64,000 nucleotides of DNA from Podarcis filfolensis. Its lineage: Eukaryota. Below are positions 11,709-26,900 of the stretch, one piece after another. The DNA lies in the NCBI GenBank assembly GCA_964270895.1, contig OZ185436.1. The stretch is one strand, 5' to 3'. Made by a program: the position numbers and the translations under genes. The notes under the pieces are model-generated. The model had not been told where the DNA came from. It made no database searches and saw only the letters and a list, made by a program, of their open reading frames with translations. The first letter of the stretch is position 1, and every line of letters begins with the position of its first letter.

Positions 11709-14700
11709 GCATTACCTGTGTTTTATCTCCTGGAGACAGTTACTTCATGAGCACCACGACTGGCTATTACCATGATATACTATGACTTAGTATATCAAAC
11801 AAAAAGTTCACTGCCAGGTCCAGCAATTTAATTTACATCATTGACTGTGAATGTTCAGTACATAGGTGAAATGATAACTGAAGGAAACCAGCCGTTAAAC
11901 TGGGGAAGCACCTCTAGAAGAAAATTACATGTTTGTGTATGTACACATATACGTTTAGGAGACTCTCCAGGAGTTTGAAATATGATTTATTTCAGGACTG
12001 ACATGTTTGGGAAGAAAGCTTTGCTCAGGGGCACAGTTTTATAAGCAATTTTCACCAAATGCATGAGGACTCTTACTACTGCAAAACACTGCTAAAAATG
12101 TGCCCCCAAGGATGGATTTGTTCCGAAACACATTGGGCCTGGAATGAACATTATTTCAAACACCTGGAGTCCCTCCTCTCTTATTTTCCATCTTAAAAAC
12201 AGCAACTGATGCACACAAATGCTTTAGGATTTCACACAGCCAATCTTGGGGGGGGGGGAATGCAGCAACCAATTGGAAAACACTTCCATTCAGATAGCCA
12301 CACCCCCTCACTGATTTATCCATTATTGCAATGGCAATGCCACCCGATCCAAGAACACTGGAAACAAGGGAAAAAATTCTGGCCCAGTGGACTTGAATTC
12401 ACAGCTGGGCAACTGAGGAAGGCAGGAGGCGAAATGTTCCGTTCTAAAAAAGTAATCTGTTAGTCACTGTTTATATTTACATCTGTACCTAGATAAACAT
12501 ATACCCAGTACATTCCAAGCAACTTCACACAAATTCCAGAAAAAGAATTTATACAAATGGGCTGGGCAGCGCCGAAACAACCAGAAGTTCAGATAAATGG
12601 GGGTACAGCTACTGTAAGCTCACATCAATAAGGCCTTTACACAGTACAGGAGTTAAATATGGATCACTAGAAGATAACTGACATTCAGATAATATGGATG
12701 AGGGAAGAGTTTCTGTGTACATTTTCCCCTCCCATTCCTTTGTAGCTGTGTCCCACTAAGATTGGCTGAAGAGACCCACTACAGAAATAACCCAAGAAGT
12801 CAGGGAGATTTACATTAAGGAGAAGCACCCATCATTCGGTAAGTGGGAAGTGTGTGGGGAGGGGCGACAGAGAAGGATTTAGCTGTGACGAGCAGCGTGG
12901 CAGAGTAAGTGAAATTGGCATTTTCAATTTGTACTCTGACATGTCTCATTTGGGGCACTGGCATCTCAGGAAGGCATACAGCCTGCAGCTGTCCGAAACA
13001 CTTATTTGCATTTCTCTGCCCTGGCTCCTTTTGGAAATGAGTTACTTCTGATTTGGGTGTGGAGTAGGGGAAAGCGGGGAGAGATTATTTAACCCTCCAG
13101 GTGCCTGCACTGACAAAAGAAACTCACATGTAGGAGAGAGGTGCATTTCTGCAGGCCTGACTTCCTTAGTAAGCGAGATTTGTGGGAGATTGGAAACAAC
13201 ATGTTGCACAGGTTTTGACTGAGTCAAAATGAAACTTCACACTATGAGCCAATAATTTATCAAGACAAAAGTCTCCCACAACCACTGTGCACAATACTGA
13301 TTCCCACATAAATGATCCCAAAGACTGTTAGGTAACTGATCCAGTTCATGCTTTAAATACATATATATATCTGAAATGCTTATACCCCACTTTTCCTCAT
13401 ATAGTTCAAGGAAGCTTGCAAAAACAAAAGACTGTATTAAAAGCAACATAAATGAATAAAACAACTTTGTTCTATCTTTAACAATATTAATATTTTATCT
13501 GCTCTGCTGCTGCTTCACGTTAATGTTTAATTGCTGTGATTGTTTTATTGTAATTTAATTCATCAACATCATCATCATCACTATTTGCCCTCTGAAATAA
13601 GCAGCACTACACTCTTCTTTCCTTGCCATCATTATCTGGCAAGAGAGTGGGTTGTGGGAGAGAGTTGAACCCACAACAATCTTCAAAATCCAGATCTCAC
13701 TCTCATTGTTCTGCCAAAGACTGTGGAACATCAGAACCGAGATAGCACAATATTGCTACAACTAATTCAAGAGTCCCACTTATCTAGAACTCTGGAAACA
13801 TTTCCTGATAGCGTTCTACTTCTGCCTTGTAAACAACACCATTAAAGCAAGCCATTGCAGGGGTAGAAAGAGGAAGCTCAGTTACATCCTGTAGAATGTA
13901 CTGGAGAAGAATCCCAAGATAGCTTATGCACAGAAAACTAGAGCTAGGGTGGAATCCTGACCTCTCATTTTCTGTGTGCAGTGTGGAAGGGGAGTCAGTA
14001 ATATGAGCCTTTACCTGCTGTCTCGATATACCATAGGTTCTACCCTGTCATCTGCTGTTTTGGAGAACTAAGCCCTAATCATTGCAAAGAAGACGAGTGG
14101 CTTGCTTAAAACACACCCAACATGTTTGTGCACATTAAAGAACATGCTAAAAGAGATTAACTTGTCTCTTTCAATTCTTCCATGGACAGAAAGAAGGACA
14201 GAGGGGCACATCTGGGGGGCGGGAAAGAACTAGGAATCTGTCTGCCTTCACAGTTGCCAGTCTCTCCATGACTCAACCGGAGGAAGAACAAGCCAGATTT
14301 TGGGTCTTGCCAACAACAGCCTGAACTATTCCTGGATTTCCTAACACTGTGTATAGGAAGGGAGCCCGACATGCATCCCAAGAGCCAGAGGGGAAGCCAG
14401 GGAAGGTGGGTGTTTTGGAGGAGACAGAGCAGAAAGCAGCCAACAAGCTCGAGCTTTGGCCAGGAGTCTGACACCACATGCTCGAGTTACACAGACAAAG
14501 CCAAACACTTACTCGTGCTTCTACTTTGTTTTTATTTTCTATGCCATTTGATATTTTTAACCCTCTTAAAGGCACATACAGAAAATCTCACCCTTTATTC
14601 AAAGTATATGCAAAGTATATACCCCATAGTACTGTGGCCATAATTGTTGACGCAGATAAGAATCCTCATGCTAATATGTATTGAGACTGAAAGGTATGTG

Positions 14701-17700
14701 TGTGTTTGTGTCACTTGTTTCCTTTACTTAACCTAGATTGTAAATGTTCTACAATATACTGTATAACAAGGGTCTGATGCAATTATTTGCAAGTTACTCT
14801 CACCAAAATCAAAGCAGCTTATTTCCAAATAAACATACAATGAGGTAAGGCTGGCTATAAAAATAGTAATAATGCTTGCTGATTTGTTGTCTTAGTAGTA
14901 GCATGATGCCAATGCTCTTATTTTCTCTCCATCTGAATGTTTATAAATACACATTTCTAAAGATATTTTATCAGTTGAGTTAATAGTTATGACAAAGTGC
15001 TACCTGGATTGGCCTTTCAAATTTCTGCCGTGCTACACTATACATAGACAAAATAACATCTCTGGAATAGCAGGACATAACAGAAGTAGAAGCCATTGAG
15101 GTGTTCTCCAAATGTTCAATGACAATTCCCATTAGCCCCAACAATTAAGGCCAGCGGTTAGGGATGATGGGAATTGTAGTTCACAAACAACTGGACGGCA
15201 CCATGTTGGCTACCCAATTTTCTTGACTTTGGGGGACAGTCACCCCAATACATATACGACCATCCCCACAAACAAATCCTTTCATCATTTCTAGTGGAAA
15301 TGGCTGTCAATAAATCACCATTAACTAATGAGAATAAATATCTACACATCTGAATGAAAATGACTAATGCTGGTTTTTCTCAAGTTAATAGTACTACTTG
15401 TTACTTCAGACCTAATAGTTGAACCGTTGGTACATATACACTATCAAGCTTCCCCGCTTGGCGGTCCAACCCAAGTGTCAGTCTTCTGCCCTGTTTCTTC
15501 TTGAAGAATTTACTAAGCAGATTATCAAAATCAGGATCTAAAGGGAATCAACTGGAAGATATGAATAATCCAAACACTCATAAATTGCATCTGGTGGCAA
15601 GTGCCTTAAGGGGGTGGGGTGGGGGTAGAGAGGTATTGTATTCATAGATGAGTACATCTTTGGAAAGCACCAAGAAGAAGTGCATTTAACCACGCTAGCC
15701 TGAGTTTGACGCTCTGTGCCATTCTCCTACAACAAAAGCTCCTGCACTTGTCTTGCTGATTTGCCAGTCGTGATTGCTACAGATCCCTGACCTCAAGACT
15801 TGGCCGCACTCCAATTATTTTCATTTAAGCTGTATTTATTTGTTGTTGACAGATACCCAGATGGATCTGTGCATGCCTTCAAAGCTCAAAAAGGATTTGT
15901 TTTTACTTTCCGTAATACATATATTTAGATTACAACACTCTGCAATTACGCACCACAGAAATTTACACAGTAACTAATCAACTCTCCCACCTGCCCTCTC
16001 GCAGCCTTCATTGGAGAATGTGAGAAGCAAATCTATTTTATAATCCTCATTTTACACACGAGGGAGTTGCAATAACAATAACAATATATGCAAAGTGAGT
16101 GGTCCAAACACAGGCCTTTGTCACAACGAACACTGAGATGTGCATGGATTTCTGCTCTGTGTACTCACAACAGGCCATTTTGCCTCAACTGAAAGAATCA
16201 GCTGTAAAAGCAGGACAAGCCACCTTCAGTGCAATTATTTTATATAAAATGGGTTTCCAAGAAGCGGCCTGAAGAAGGCTGGGTAATCATATAGTAGTGG
16301 CTTGTCTTGTTTTCATCTGCTAAAATGAATTAAACGGGTGGGTGGGGCGGATATCTCAAATAACTTTCTTGGCATTGTTTTTCTCTTCATTAAATTGCTG
16401 AAATGGCCAGAAGCGTGCAATGGTCAGGTAAATTTGGGGCAGGACCAAATTTGGGGCACGTAAAGCATATATGTTGCATGCAAATGAGAGAAGATTCAGT
16501 CCCTTGGCATCTCTGATTTACTAGCAGATTACGTGGAAGATCCCTGCTTGAGGCTTTGGAGAGCTGCTGCTAGAAAGAGTAGATCAAACTGGACTAAATG
16601 GATTAAATGGTCCTATATTAACTGGAGATGCCAAAAACTAAACGTGGGTCCTTCTGTGTACAAAACAGCTTCTCTACCACTGAACTCTGGTCCCTCCGAT
16701 CTTCATTCAAGATTTTATGGTGGTTTACAAAATTTAAAAGCAAGCTCCAGAAAGCTGGCAACATATTGATATAATACAGTAAGATTAAAATTAATCAATG
16801 GCCATCTTTGGACAATCAGATCCTGGTTTAGCAAGTAAGGATATGCATGAGTTCCATGAACCTGAACGCACCCCCTCTGGACCCTGCATTGGTTGTCCTT
16901 TCACCCATGTGCGGAAACAAGCCAGGAAGCTGCAGCTAACCTTCATTTCCTGTTTCATGCAAGCCAGGAAACTATGGTCAATGGCTTCCAAACAAGCCAG
17001 GGTTCACAAGCCAACTTTCAGCAATGGCGTCACAGCCTGGTCTGTTTGGAAACCTTTGTGTAGAAAAGTCTGTCTCCTGCCCCTCTATTTTCTCTGAGTG
17101 AAGCTAGCATGTGGTTCTTATCAGTTATTCAGCTCTCTCGGATAAAGGTTAGGATGTCTGAAAGAAAGATAGGAGATCCCAAGCAACGCTTTATACTTGA
17201 GATGGCCCAGCTTCCTCTGCTCCCGCCCTGGGAATGTCTAGCATTCTTCACATCCCAGGGAGGGGGGTCAAAACTCTTCTTCCCTGTGAAACATGGCATT
17301 GGCTCACACTAGTCAGAAGGCAGGATCCAATACAGGATGAGAGAGTCCATAAAAACTGAGCTGCCTTATGCAGCTCTGTCTCCCCACCCCACCCTTCATC
17401 AAGGTCCAAATTTTGTCTTCCATATCTCAACAGTAGAGCATAAAAGTATCTCCACAAGCAGCAATCTACACAGAGGCTATAACATGCCTAAACCATGTAG
17501 TCATGCAGACTTCCCATGTGGCTATACAGAGTAAGAGGCTGACAAAACATGGGTGGCACTCTGACAATTTCACTTAGCAGCAGAAAGGACTTTATGTGGC
17601 ATCAAAATTCAATGAACCCAAGGACTCAGGCACATCATAAACATTATTTAATGTCCCTACCAACTTCTTAGCCTATGCTGGCTGTCCTTAATTATGAGTG

Positions 17701-19297
17701 GGCCAAAGTGGATACTAGCTGCCTGCCTGCTTCCATCCTTTGATATAATTTTGTCTCCGTTCTTGACTGAGAAATCCATCACCTGTTGCAAGTCTACCAC
17801 AAATGCTCCTTGTTTCCAAAGTCTACACCAAATATTCAAAACAACTGATCTGTCTTTAAAAATCAGAGGAACACACATATGCAGGTGGACAGAAACTTAC
17901 ACAGATGGGCACACAGCATGATAAGCAAGCAAACAGATGGATGCAGAAGGACACCCAGAGACATAGTATAGATATGGAAACACAGGCAGAGGAAGGAAAG
18001 GAGGAAGAGCATCAGAATCCAGTGCAAAAGATCCACTACAGAGGAACATCACAGGGGGAGGAAAAATAAGATGCTCATGGCATACACATTTTCAGCATCT
18101 TCTTTATTATTAGGCAGGCTAGGCCTTGTTTCTTCAATGTGAAAGCTAAGATGCCCAAGATCTACTAGGCATCCCACCCTCCAAATGTCTGTAATATGGA
18201 ATAAACACCTCATGTTCAAACAGCAAATTCCTTGAAAGATGCTACACTTTTACAGTGTTGTCTCCACAAGGCTCCAAATCAGTCCAGGTTTAAACTCAAA
18301 TGAAGGGATTTGCCTATATCCCCCCAGGATACTTTATTTGGAGTTTTCCAGATTGTTTTCTGATGAGTTTTCTCTTTATCATGTTCCACCAAAGTATCAA
18401 AAACACTTGAAACAAAACACTCAGATGGATGGTTTTGGAAATAGGCTAGAGAAAGTTTCAGTCCACCCCAAAGATAAAAGAAATGAAATGTTTTTACTCA
18501 TTCCCGATTCTCACACTCTTAAGTAATACATGCTATTCCTGACTAACAATAGTCCCTTCAATGTATTTTCCTTATTTATTCTAATAGGGGGAACTCTAGC
18601 AAGACTAGACTGCACCAACTGCACCAAGGAGGGATTTGAAAAAGGTAAGCAATCTCAGCAATTCAATGGATAATTTTATCAACGCTTGCTTAGTGGACCT
18701 ACTCTGAACTTTTATTTCATTCATTCAGAGAAGTACAAAACTGTAAAAATGCTCTCCCCATCACAGTAAGAATCTTATGTATCTAATATTTTTGTTTATT
18801 TTTTGTCAGTCCCATATCCAGAGTGTATGCAATGGCTAAAGAGAAAGGCTCTCAACAAGGAATACGGCCTGTCCGCTAATCTCATAGACTCATAAACAAC
18901 CATGTTACAGTGGGAACATCCACCTTGAACGTATATACTCACACAATCAGCTTCCAACTTCATTTCCCTAGGCTGTTTTCTGCACGAATAGTACAGTTGC
19001 AACTGTGTCCTATTTTTCTATAGTTGATGACCTCAATGCCTTCCCAGCACTATAGGGAGGGCAGTAATGCGCATCATGTCTCGCCGGGGCTCAACTGCAA
19101 TTCATCATTATTTTATCTGCTAGAATTTAATTGGATCCTATCAAACTCTCCTGATACTCCCTTTTCACTTTAAACACTGCTGCAGGAAAGATAAATGTCG
19201 GTGCTGCTTGGAGAGAGAGAGGCTCTCCCCTCCACCAACGTTTCTGGATTTGTAAGATCCAGTGCTATTTCCCTCTCTGTGCCTGGCTAATGCTAAT

Positions 19298-19318
19298 ACA
19301 CACACACACACACACACA

Positions 19319-19352
<34 letters not shown>
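19298..19352. repeat. (CA)n microsatellite
   Basis: Direct observation, one GA interruption. Confidence 0.98.
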
Positions 19353-19354
<2 letters not shown>

Positions 19355-19419
19355 GTAGGTGTGCAGTGCTCATAAAAGGGCCTTGTGTATATGATTTATG
19401 GGGCCCTGTAAATGTACTC

Positions 19420-19551
19420 NNNNNNNNNNNNNNNNNNNNNNNNNNNNNNNNNNNNNNNNNNNNNNNNNNNNNNNNNNNNNNNNNNNNNNNNNNNNNNNNN
19501 NNNNNNNNNNNNNNNNNNNNNNNNNNNNNNNNNNNNNNNNNNNNNNNNNNN
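19420..19551. other. Assembly gap (132 N)
   Basis: Run of N. Confidence 1.
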
Positions 19552-20164
19552 ATTTTACATCTGCTCTCTCCCTGCCTAGCATTTATGTTTCTCCATCACC
19601 GCCTGTAACTCAGCCTCCCTCCCTTATAAATTTGCCTAATTCTAAAACTATACATCTCCCAAGTTCAGCATATTTAGAGCCTCGGGTTTTTATGCAGCCA
19701 TAATGAGATCCCTTAGACTCAGGTCCAAAATGAACAGAAGCAAAGTTTTTAATTGAATATTTATTGGATGTTTAATTTATACTTGTATATTTAATATATA
19801 TTATTTTATATTCATAGGCCTTTGGGATGTAAAATGCTTGGCTGCTGTGAAGAATGGAAGTTCTAGGATGTGTGTTTTTTTAGCTATGCAGTATATTTTA
19901 GTATGTTTTAAAATTACCTTTATTGTGTTTTAATGGTTGTAACCACCCTTGAGAACCTTGCTTGTTTATAGGTTAAAAGGTGCAGTTTGCATTTTTAAAT
20001 GCATAAATAAAAAATGTATGTCATAATCTCTTGGGTGCCTTGCTCTTATACCTTGTGAAACACTAAAAGGACAAGAGAGCCCAAGCACATCCCTCTGACT
20101 CAGCATGCCACCAGTTCCTCCAGCAAAACAAAATAACTTAGGCATATTAAAAGAAGAAGAAAGA

Positions 20165-20572
20165 TCCTACGGGTTTTGAGATCCTCTGGGAAGGCTTTTC
20201 TATGGGTTCCTCCACCTCCACAGCCACATTTGGTGAGGTCACGAGAGGGGGCCTTCTCAGTGGCAACTCCCTGATAGTGACACCAGCCCAGCCTAGCTGT
20301 CTCTCCACCTTCCTTTCGCCAGACAGGCAAATATATCTTTTGTCCAGACAGGCCTTTGGCCACAAACAGGTCTTCTGAGAGCGGTGGTGTACATTTTCTT
20401 TTTCTCTTTTGTCGTTCTGCTATTTAATAGTTTTCAGTGTTGCTTTTAATAGGGCTGCTTTCAATAGGTATAGGCATAGTCATTTAATTAAATTGTTTTA
20501 ATACATGCTGTGAACTGCACTGGGTCCTGCTCTGGGATAAAGGAGGGATATAAAATAAAAATAAATAAATAC
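20165..20572 (+). mobile_element. L2-like LINE 3' end with (AAAT)n tail
   Basis: Reads LRSSGKAFLWVPPPPQPHLVRSREGAFSVATP...QAF, then a T-rich UTR and gtgaactgcactggg...gggatataaaataaaaataaataaata. Confidence 0.7.
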
Positions 20573-21339
20573 ATTTCTGGCAAACAGCAACTTTCCCTCC
20601 AAAGCTATACCCACACTAGGACAGATCAGTGTAAGTGTTTTATCCCATCCCTATAATGAAGGGGAGTGGGGGTGGGGGTAACCGGTAGCCTTGCTGTGAG
20701 GTAGAGGGCTGCTGCAGAATGATAGTTTGGCCTTGCTGATGTCATCGTCCCCCCACTCCCTGTATTTGCCACAATAGCAGAATTCTTAACCTCTACATCA
20801 ATGAAACAATCAATCAATCTAGTTTTAGAATGTCACAAAATGGAGCCAGGAGAGTAGGTACCATTTATCATGGAGATGTCTGGGCACTGTTCAACAGATG
20901 TTTACAGTAGCACTGAAACTGCAGTTTAAGGGATCTCAGTCACAATGGAAGCACTGGTTGACAAGGGGGCAGGGATCACACTCACACAGCAAGGAAATAT
21001 TGATACCAGAATGCTTGGGGAAGCACCGGAATTCCTCTAAGTGATATTTTCAGGGTTGGGGGCACAGTGTTACAGGAGAACTTCCTGAAGAGTCAACCCA
21101 GAAGATGATGCTGGGGGACCTCTGTTCCAGCCAAACTGCCTTTGGCTTACGAGGTTCCATTCCGTATGCCATGTTGTTGTTGTTGTTTTTAAAAAAACTA
21201 CACAAAACTTCTGCAAGAGATCACTTGGAGGCCTGAGGTGAGGGGCCACCAATATGCATGTGGCACGCTGCTCTGCGTCTCACTTCCAACTGCTTGTCCC
21301 AGTAGGTTGTGAAACTCATCAGCCGCTGCTCAAGAGTTG

Positions 21340-21535
21340 GCTTGGGGATAAATGAGAAGAACTTGGAAGCTTAATCTAGACAAGATGGAGGTGCTGTGGG
21401 TGAGGAAACTGGTAAATCTGGGGGGAGGCTTACAACTAGGACAGGATTGCACTTCCCCTAAAGGATGAAATTCACATCTTGAGGGTCTTCACAGGGTTCT
21501 GTCTGTGGAAGCACAGCTAGAGGCACTGCTAGGAC
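21340..21535 (+). mobile_element. L2-like LINE ORF2 internal fragment
   Basis: Reads KLNLDKMEVLWV...LDRIALPLKDEIHIL, resembling the L2 motif LKLNPDKTEVL...LDGVALPLKD.V.SLGV. Confidence 0.6.
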
Positions 21536-23933
21536 TGACTTGTTAGCTGACGCTGCTACCCTAGTGATCCACGCACTAGTGACATACAGGTTAAACTGAA
21601 TACAGCTGGGAAACTTTAACTTGGGCAGAACCTACATGTTGATGAGGATAGGGCAGCTCGAGCATGTAACACTGATCTTGTACTAGTTGAACTGGTTGCC
21701 AGTCTGCACTGTGCTGGGTTTGGAGCTTTAAAGCCCCAGAACAGTCAACCTCAGCTTGGTGCACAGCAGATGTTGAAGAACTCCAACTACTCAGCATGGC
21801 CAGTGCCCAGGGATGGTGTCTGTTATAATACAAAACATCTGGAGGGCACCAGGGTTGGAGAAAGATGTCTAAGACAGCTAATAGTCAGTAGACAAATGCT
21901 TTTTTTAATAGTCATCTAAGCTGGCTAGTTTTCCCCACATATTGTGGAGGAGAACTCCATCCGAGACTTCCATAACTATATAGTCTTGACTCAAAGGGCT
22001 GCAGCACGCGCCACATTCTCAAGCATACACAAAGACGTGCCTGATAAAAATTTGTCCCGCTTTTGTTACCATAAAGTAGAAACATAGGGTATGGACAAAA
22101 AGCTGTTTTCTAAGTTTCATGTCACCTTGCAAAGTTAACCAACTTTGAAAAGTGTGAAGCAATACAATGAAACCAGATGGAGTGGGGGGGGGGGAGCAAG
22201 AGAATAGAGAAAAATTTGGAAAAGTGTGAACATGAAGCTTTTAAAACTGCCTGGCTAGTTGCCTTTAAATGTTAAGAACACTTGTGTCCCTTCTAGGTGT
22301 GAACAGATTCTTGAATTAGAAAGAGAGTTCTAGAATGGTAACTGAGTGTAAAAATGGAGTTCAGATATTGATGTCATTGAAATCTACAATTTCCAGTACC
22401 CAAACTGGAAAGAAAATAAAGATGAAAAAAAGGACTTTGATATGGGGAACATTAATATGTTAAGCAGCTGAAAAAATGTTACAAAAATATATTGGTATTG
22501 CATTCTGCATACATAGAGAGATTTTGATAATTTAGAAGCTAAATCTGGGTCCCTGTAAATTAAATAGACACACAAACAAAAACTGAATGTTGCAGGCAGT
22601 GCAGCTGTACTGGTAGGATCCTCTGCTGAAAGTTGAGACACATGGGGTATAGTCCCAAATATTATTGAAATTCATGGAACTTGAGTGATTAATAGCATTC
22701 TCAAGTCCCTTCCATTTCTGCAGGTCTTGAGGTCAGTTCCCATACTCCACAAACTCTACAGGTTAGCAGAAACATTAGCATTAGGCAACCACCAATCTTT
22801 TAGCAATGTGTGTTTTAGACATCAGTGTTATTTAAAACATGCATTTAATCTGATTATATTTTGCCTTGGGAAAACTGCACACAATCACGGGCAGTGTGAA
22901 TTGCTCTCAGTGCCCTAACTTTTCTTGGATTCTTCCCCCCTTGATTTGGATTCTAATTCCAATGCAGACACCAATTTGCATTGCAAAAGCTGCATTTTTT
23001 CTTTAAGACCTCTCTTTGGCTGCTTCCATTGTTAACAATATGGCTCAGAATTGCTTTCTGTCTGTCCACACAGCAAGGACCTCTAGGCCAATTTTTCTAT
23101 GGAGGCACCTCTATGCTGCTATCATATACATAATAAGGAGACTAGGGGTGACTCCACTGTTTCTTATATAATGGTTCAATAGCTATAATGATGCGCTTTA
23201 AGCAAAATCTACAGTAAGCCACTGGATGGAAGTACGGAACTATTCTGGTAATGCTCCAAGGCACTGCTTTCTTTGGCATCTTTTTGTCAATCGAATAGTT
23301 ATGGCATTGACAGAATTCAAGTTACCTCCTGGCCTTCTAATCCTGATCCAATCTCCCACTTATAGATGAGAATACACCCTCCCTTCATTCAGGTTTTGTG
23401 TTGCTATAGATACAGGATTCCTCTCCCACAGGCTGCATTTCAGATACAACCTTCAAGACCCATTAAGCCAGCGCTTCTGCTGCTGTTCAACCATAGCGTT
23501 TATTGTTAAACAGTGTCCTTCAGTACACAGCATCCCAAATCTCCTTAGAGAGAACTAAGCTCAATTGTGTGCTGAAGTGAAATGGGAGGGTTTAAAGAAG
23601 AGATTTGGAGAGGGAGACCCTGACCCTGAGTGCTCACGTCCTGGTAAATATAATGAGAAGGAGGATACTCAGTACCAACAGCATTCAGCTTTGGAATCTT
23701 AATTTCAAAAGCATGATGGAAATGGGCTAATATAAGGAAGAGATGAAGAAAGACGTACAGGTTTACTTGTAATCTTATCTAGCTAAAAGCCAGGATCTTG
23801 AATAGTGCAGGGGGGGAATATAGGATTAGCTACAGGTTAGAGTATTTTCTTTCTTTCTTTCTCTCTCTGTTTTCAAAATATTAAGTGTTCTTTAAAAAAT
23901 TCTAATAAAAGAGGGAAAGAAGGTGGCAGCAGA

Positions 23934-23936
<3 letters not shown>

Positions 23937-23977
<41 letters not shown>

Positions 23978-23982
23978 AGAGA
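23937..23982. repeat. (GA)n microsatellite
   Basis: Direct observation. Confidence 0.97.
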
Positions 23983-26900
23983 AAGGAGGCAACAGTACAA
24001 AGCTGCAAAGTGGACAAGATAGCCTACAGTAGGTATCAGTGGAGAATAAATTCTCAAGTGATAAATTTCTATCCACTATATGTGCATAAAGCCCAATCCC
24101 TGTAAGGAATATATCACATTATCATTATCATTCTAATACTAGCAAGTTGAGCAAAGTCAAGAAGGCTGACGACTGTGGGGCAGCAGGACATGCTGAATTT
24201 TGCAACTTTCAAATTCCCAAAATGAGGGGTGCTGAAAAGTTGTAATGTGACTTGTGAATTCAATATAAAATGGTACCTTTTAACTGTGTACTTATTTTTT
24301 CTCACCAAAGAAACCCCAAGAAATTTAATACTGCCACACCTAGGAGTCAAATAAAACAGCCGCATGATGCAGTGGTACGACTTCCCCCCTTCCTCTGTAA
24401 TGCTTGCATTTTTTAATTGTCTCCACTGTTTTAATCAGGTTGTTAAGATATACTGTTTTGTTACTGTAATTGTTTTTACTGGTTGTTAACCATCCCAATA
24501 GTATATTAACTAAAGGACAGCATGAATGCAGGTGTGCGCACATGCACACAAAATAAAATAAATATTTGTGAGACAATTCCAAGACTCATGCTTGAGTTTC
24601 CAGTGGTGAAGTGCAGCTGATGTGAAACAAGATATACTAGCAGCTGTCTCCTACTCTTGAAATAGGCCAGAAATCCCCTTCCTTCCCATTTGCTTTCTCC
24701 TGAAGCAGATGAAAATGGCTCCTCTGAAGCATTTACACTGCCTGGGAGCAGATTCTCCCACCCCCTAATCAAGACCATTTCAAGTACTGCAAGCTAGATG
24801 CGATTAGGCTGCGTATATGTTTCAGTAACAGCACTCAGATGGCCAAGAAGGTATTTTGTGTAACTGGTCTCCTGCTGTGCAAATGGCTGCTCAGTTGACC
24901 TCTGAAGAATCCTCTCCAAGCTGGCAATTGGGAGTGGCAAAAGCTGTGTTGCAAAGAAGGATGATCAACCAGCCTCTACAGACTCATTGTCATTGGGCAA
25001 GGGGCAGTCTGCCCTTACAAGCAAAGGTGAGGGAGGACTGTTCTCTCTCTTGCATCCTCCATTTCATCCATCATGGATGTTTCCTTCATTCTGATTCCAG
25101 CAATTTAAGACAGGGCTATTAGCGTACCCCAGCTTAGTCCTGTGGTTTTTAAACTTTCTTTTGCCTTAGCTTAAGCTTTCCAAAGACAGACTGTGTGAGT
25201 TTCCTCAGGCCTAGTTCATATGTTGCCTATATAAGTGCAGAAAGAAGAATCAAGAGTGATGCATGATCATTTGGGGGATCTAAGAGTGCAATTCAACAGG
25301 TGCAAGGGTGGCAGGGAGGAGAGAACAATATTTTGGGGCACTAGTACTTCTTCCCTGGTTTCTACTGATGTGTGAATGCTCCTTCATTTGGGGGTATAAC
25401 TTCCAATCCAAAGCTATTGACTCCAAAACTTACTAGCCGATTAAAGTAAAGCATTGCACTGGCTTCCTATTTGCTTCCATGACCAACTCAAGGTGCTGGT
25501 GCTGACTTCCAAAGCTGTAAACAATTTGGGACCCAAATATCTGAAGCAGCATGTCTACCCATCCTAGCATCCTTGTACATGAAGATCTTCAAACAAGACC
25601 CCCTTCTACAAGTAATCATTAGTTGGTTGAGTACATTGTGTAGGTTTCAAGGGACAGTGTTGATGCTCTCTGCAAGGAAGCTCTACTGGTGCTGATGCTA
25701 CAACCTTTGCATTGTCAGGTTAAAACATTTTTATTTACTCAGGCATTTAAAAAAATATTGTATGGCACCCTGGAATTCACTAGGTCAATGACAGGCTAGA
25801 TTTTTTTTTAAAAAAAATTATCCTCCTTTCTGTAAAGTATAACTTCAGTGTTCCCCCTTTTTTGTTCTGTGTTTTCTTTCCCAGCCCAAATATTATTTGC
25901 TCATTCCCCGCACCCCCTACTTCTAGTTTAGCATTCATTTCACCATTTGATTTTTCTTGTCCTTCTGTTTCCTACTGCTTTGCCTGAGCTTCCTGGATAC
26001 ATAATTACATTTTTAAAAAGCCAGACAACATTTTGGATTCTACCGCCTACTGAACCATTGAGTCTCCACTGTTCCAAATTGCACTGTTTCCCCATCAGAG
26101 GCAACATCAGATAATGTGGAACTAAATATGAACTAGTATTTCTAAAGAATCCTCCTGCTAGAGTTCTCCTCTCCCCCACCCAAAACTTGCAAAGGGTTGT
26201 TGCCAGAGCATAAGAGGGAAATGGTGCTCTCCAAGATCTCTCAACCTTGGTTTACGCCAAGAGAATCCTTGGCACGAATGGGAGGGAGGAAAGGCCCTTT
26301 TCAAGCAAACATTAGCTCTTCCATAACTCTGCAATGTCATTCATGTTGCTTAAGGGCAGAAGTTTATGGAATGCTGCTCACACCAGGCTGCAAATGAGCT
26401 TTCACAGTGCAAGTGATAGAAAAGAAATGTTTAAAAGGATTAAACTGGAAGCTGGAGGAGGAGGGGCTACTCTTATGCAAATGAGTGGAGGTTGGAAGAC
26501 AGCCCAGCGGGTCAGCCAAGGAACGGCATGCCTCTGCAGATGAAAGAACTATTAAGACTTTAGACCTGCTAGTCTTTAATGTTAAGAGTGCCGTGCAAAT
26601 AATTCATCCATTAATGTAAGGCATGTGGAACTTCTTAAGGTTTATCAGGTAAGATCACTGGTCTGGGTTGACTGCAATGAGAAACAAACTCTCCCCTCTC
26701 AACACAGGGGCTATGATAAAGTGGAAGAGGTTATCAGTGAGGAAGTACATATGGCAGGAGCAGCCAGGTAGTGCCATGGAGCCAACCTCCTGACACCAGG
26801 ATTGCAGTTTACGTGACGGTGGTGGCAAGGTTAGAGGGAACCACTGGAGCCAATACTGCACATTCACCGGTGCTACCACACATCCACCCCAGCTCCACAC

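Noticed and set aside
19420-19551. Possibility that the gap hides a PLXNA1 exon
   Set aside because: Exons 28165-28365 and 8874-8970 join in phase (..QNTS|YSYEG..), contiguous with the recalled protein, so nothing is missing.
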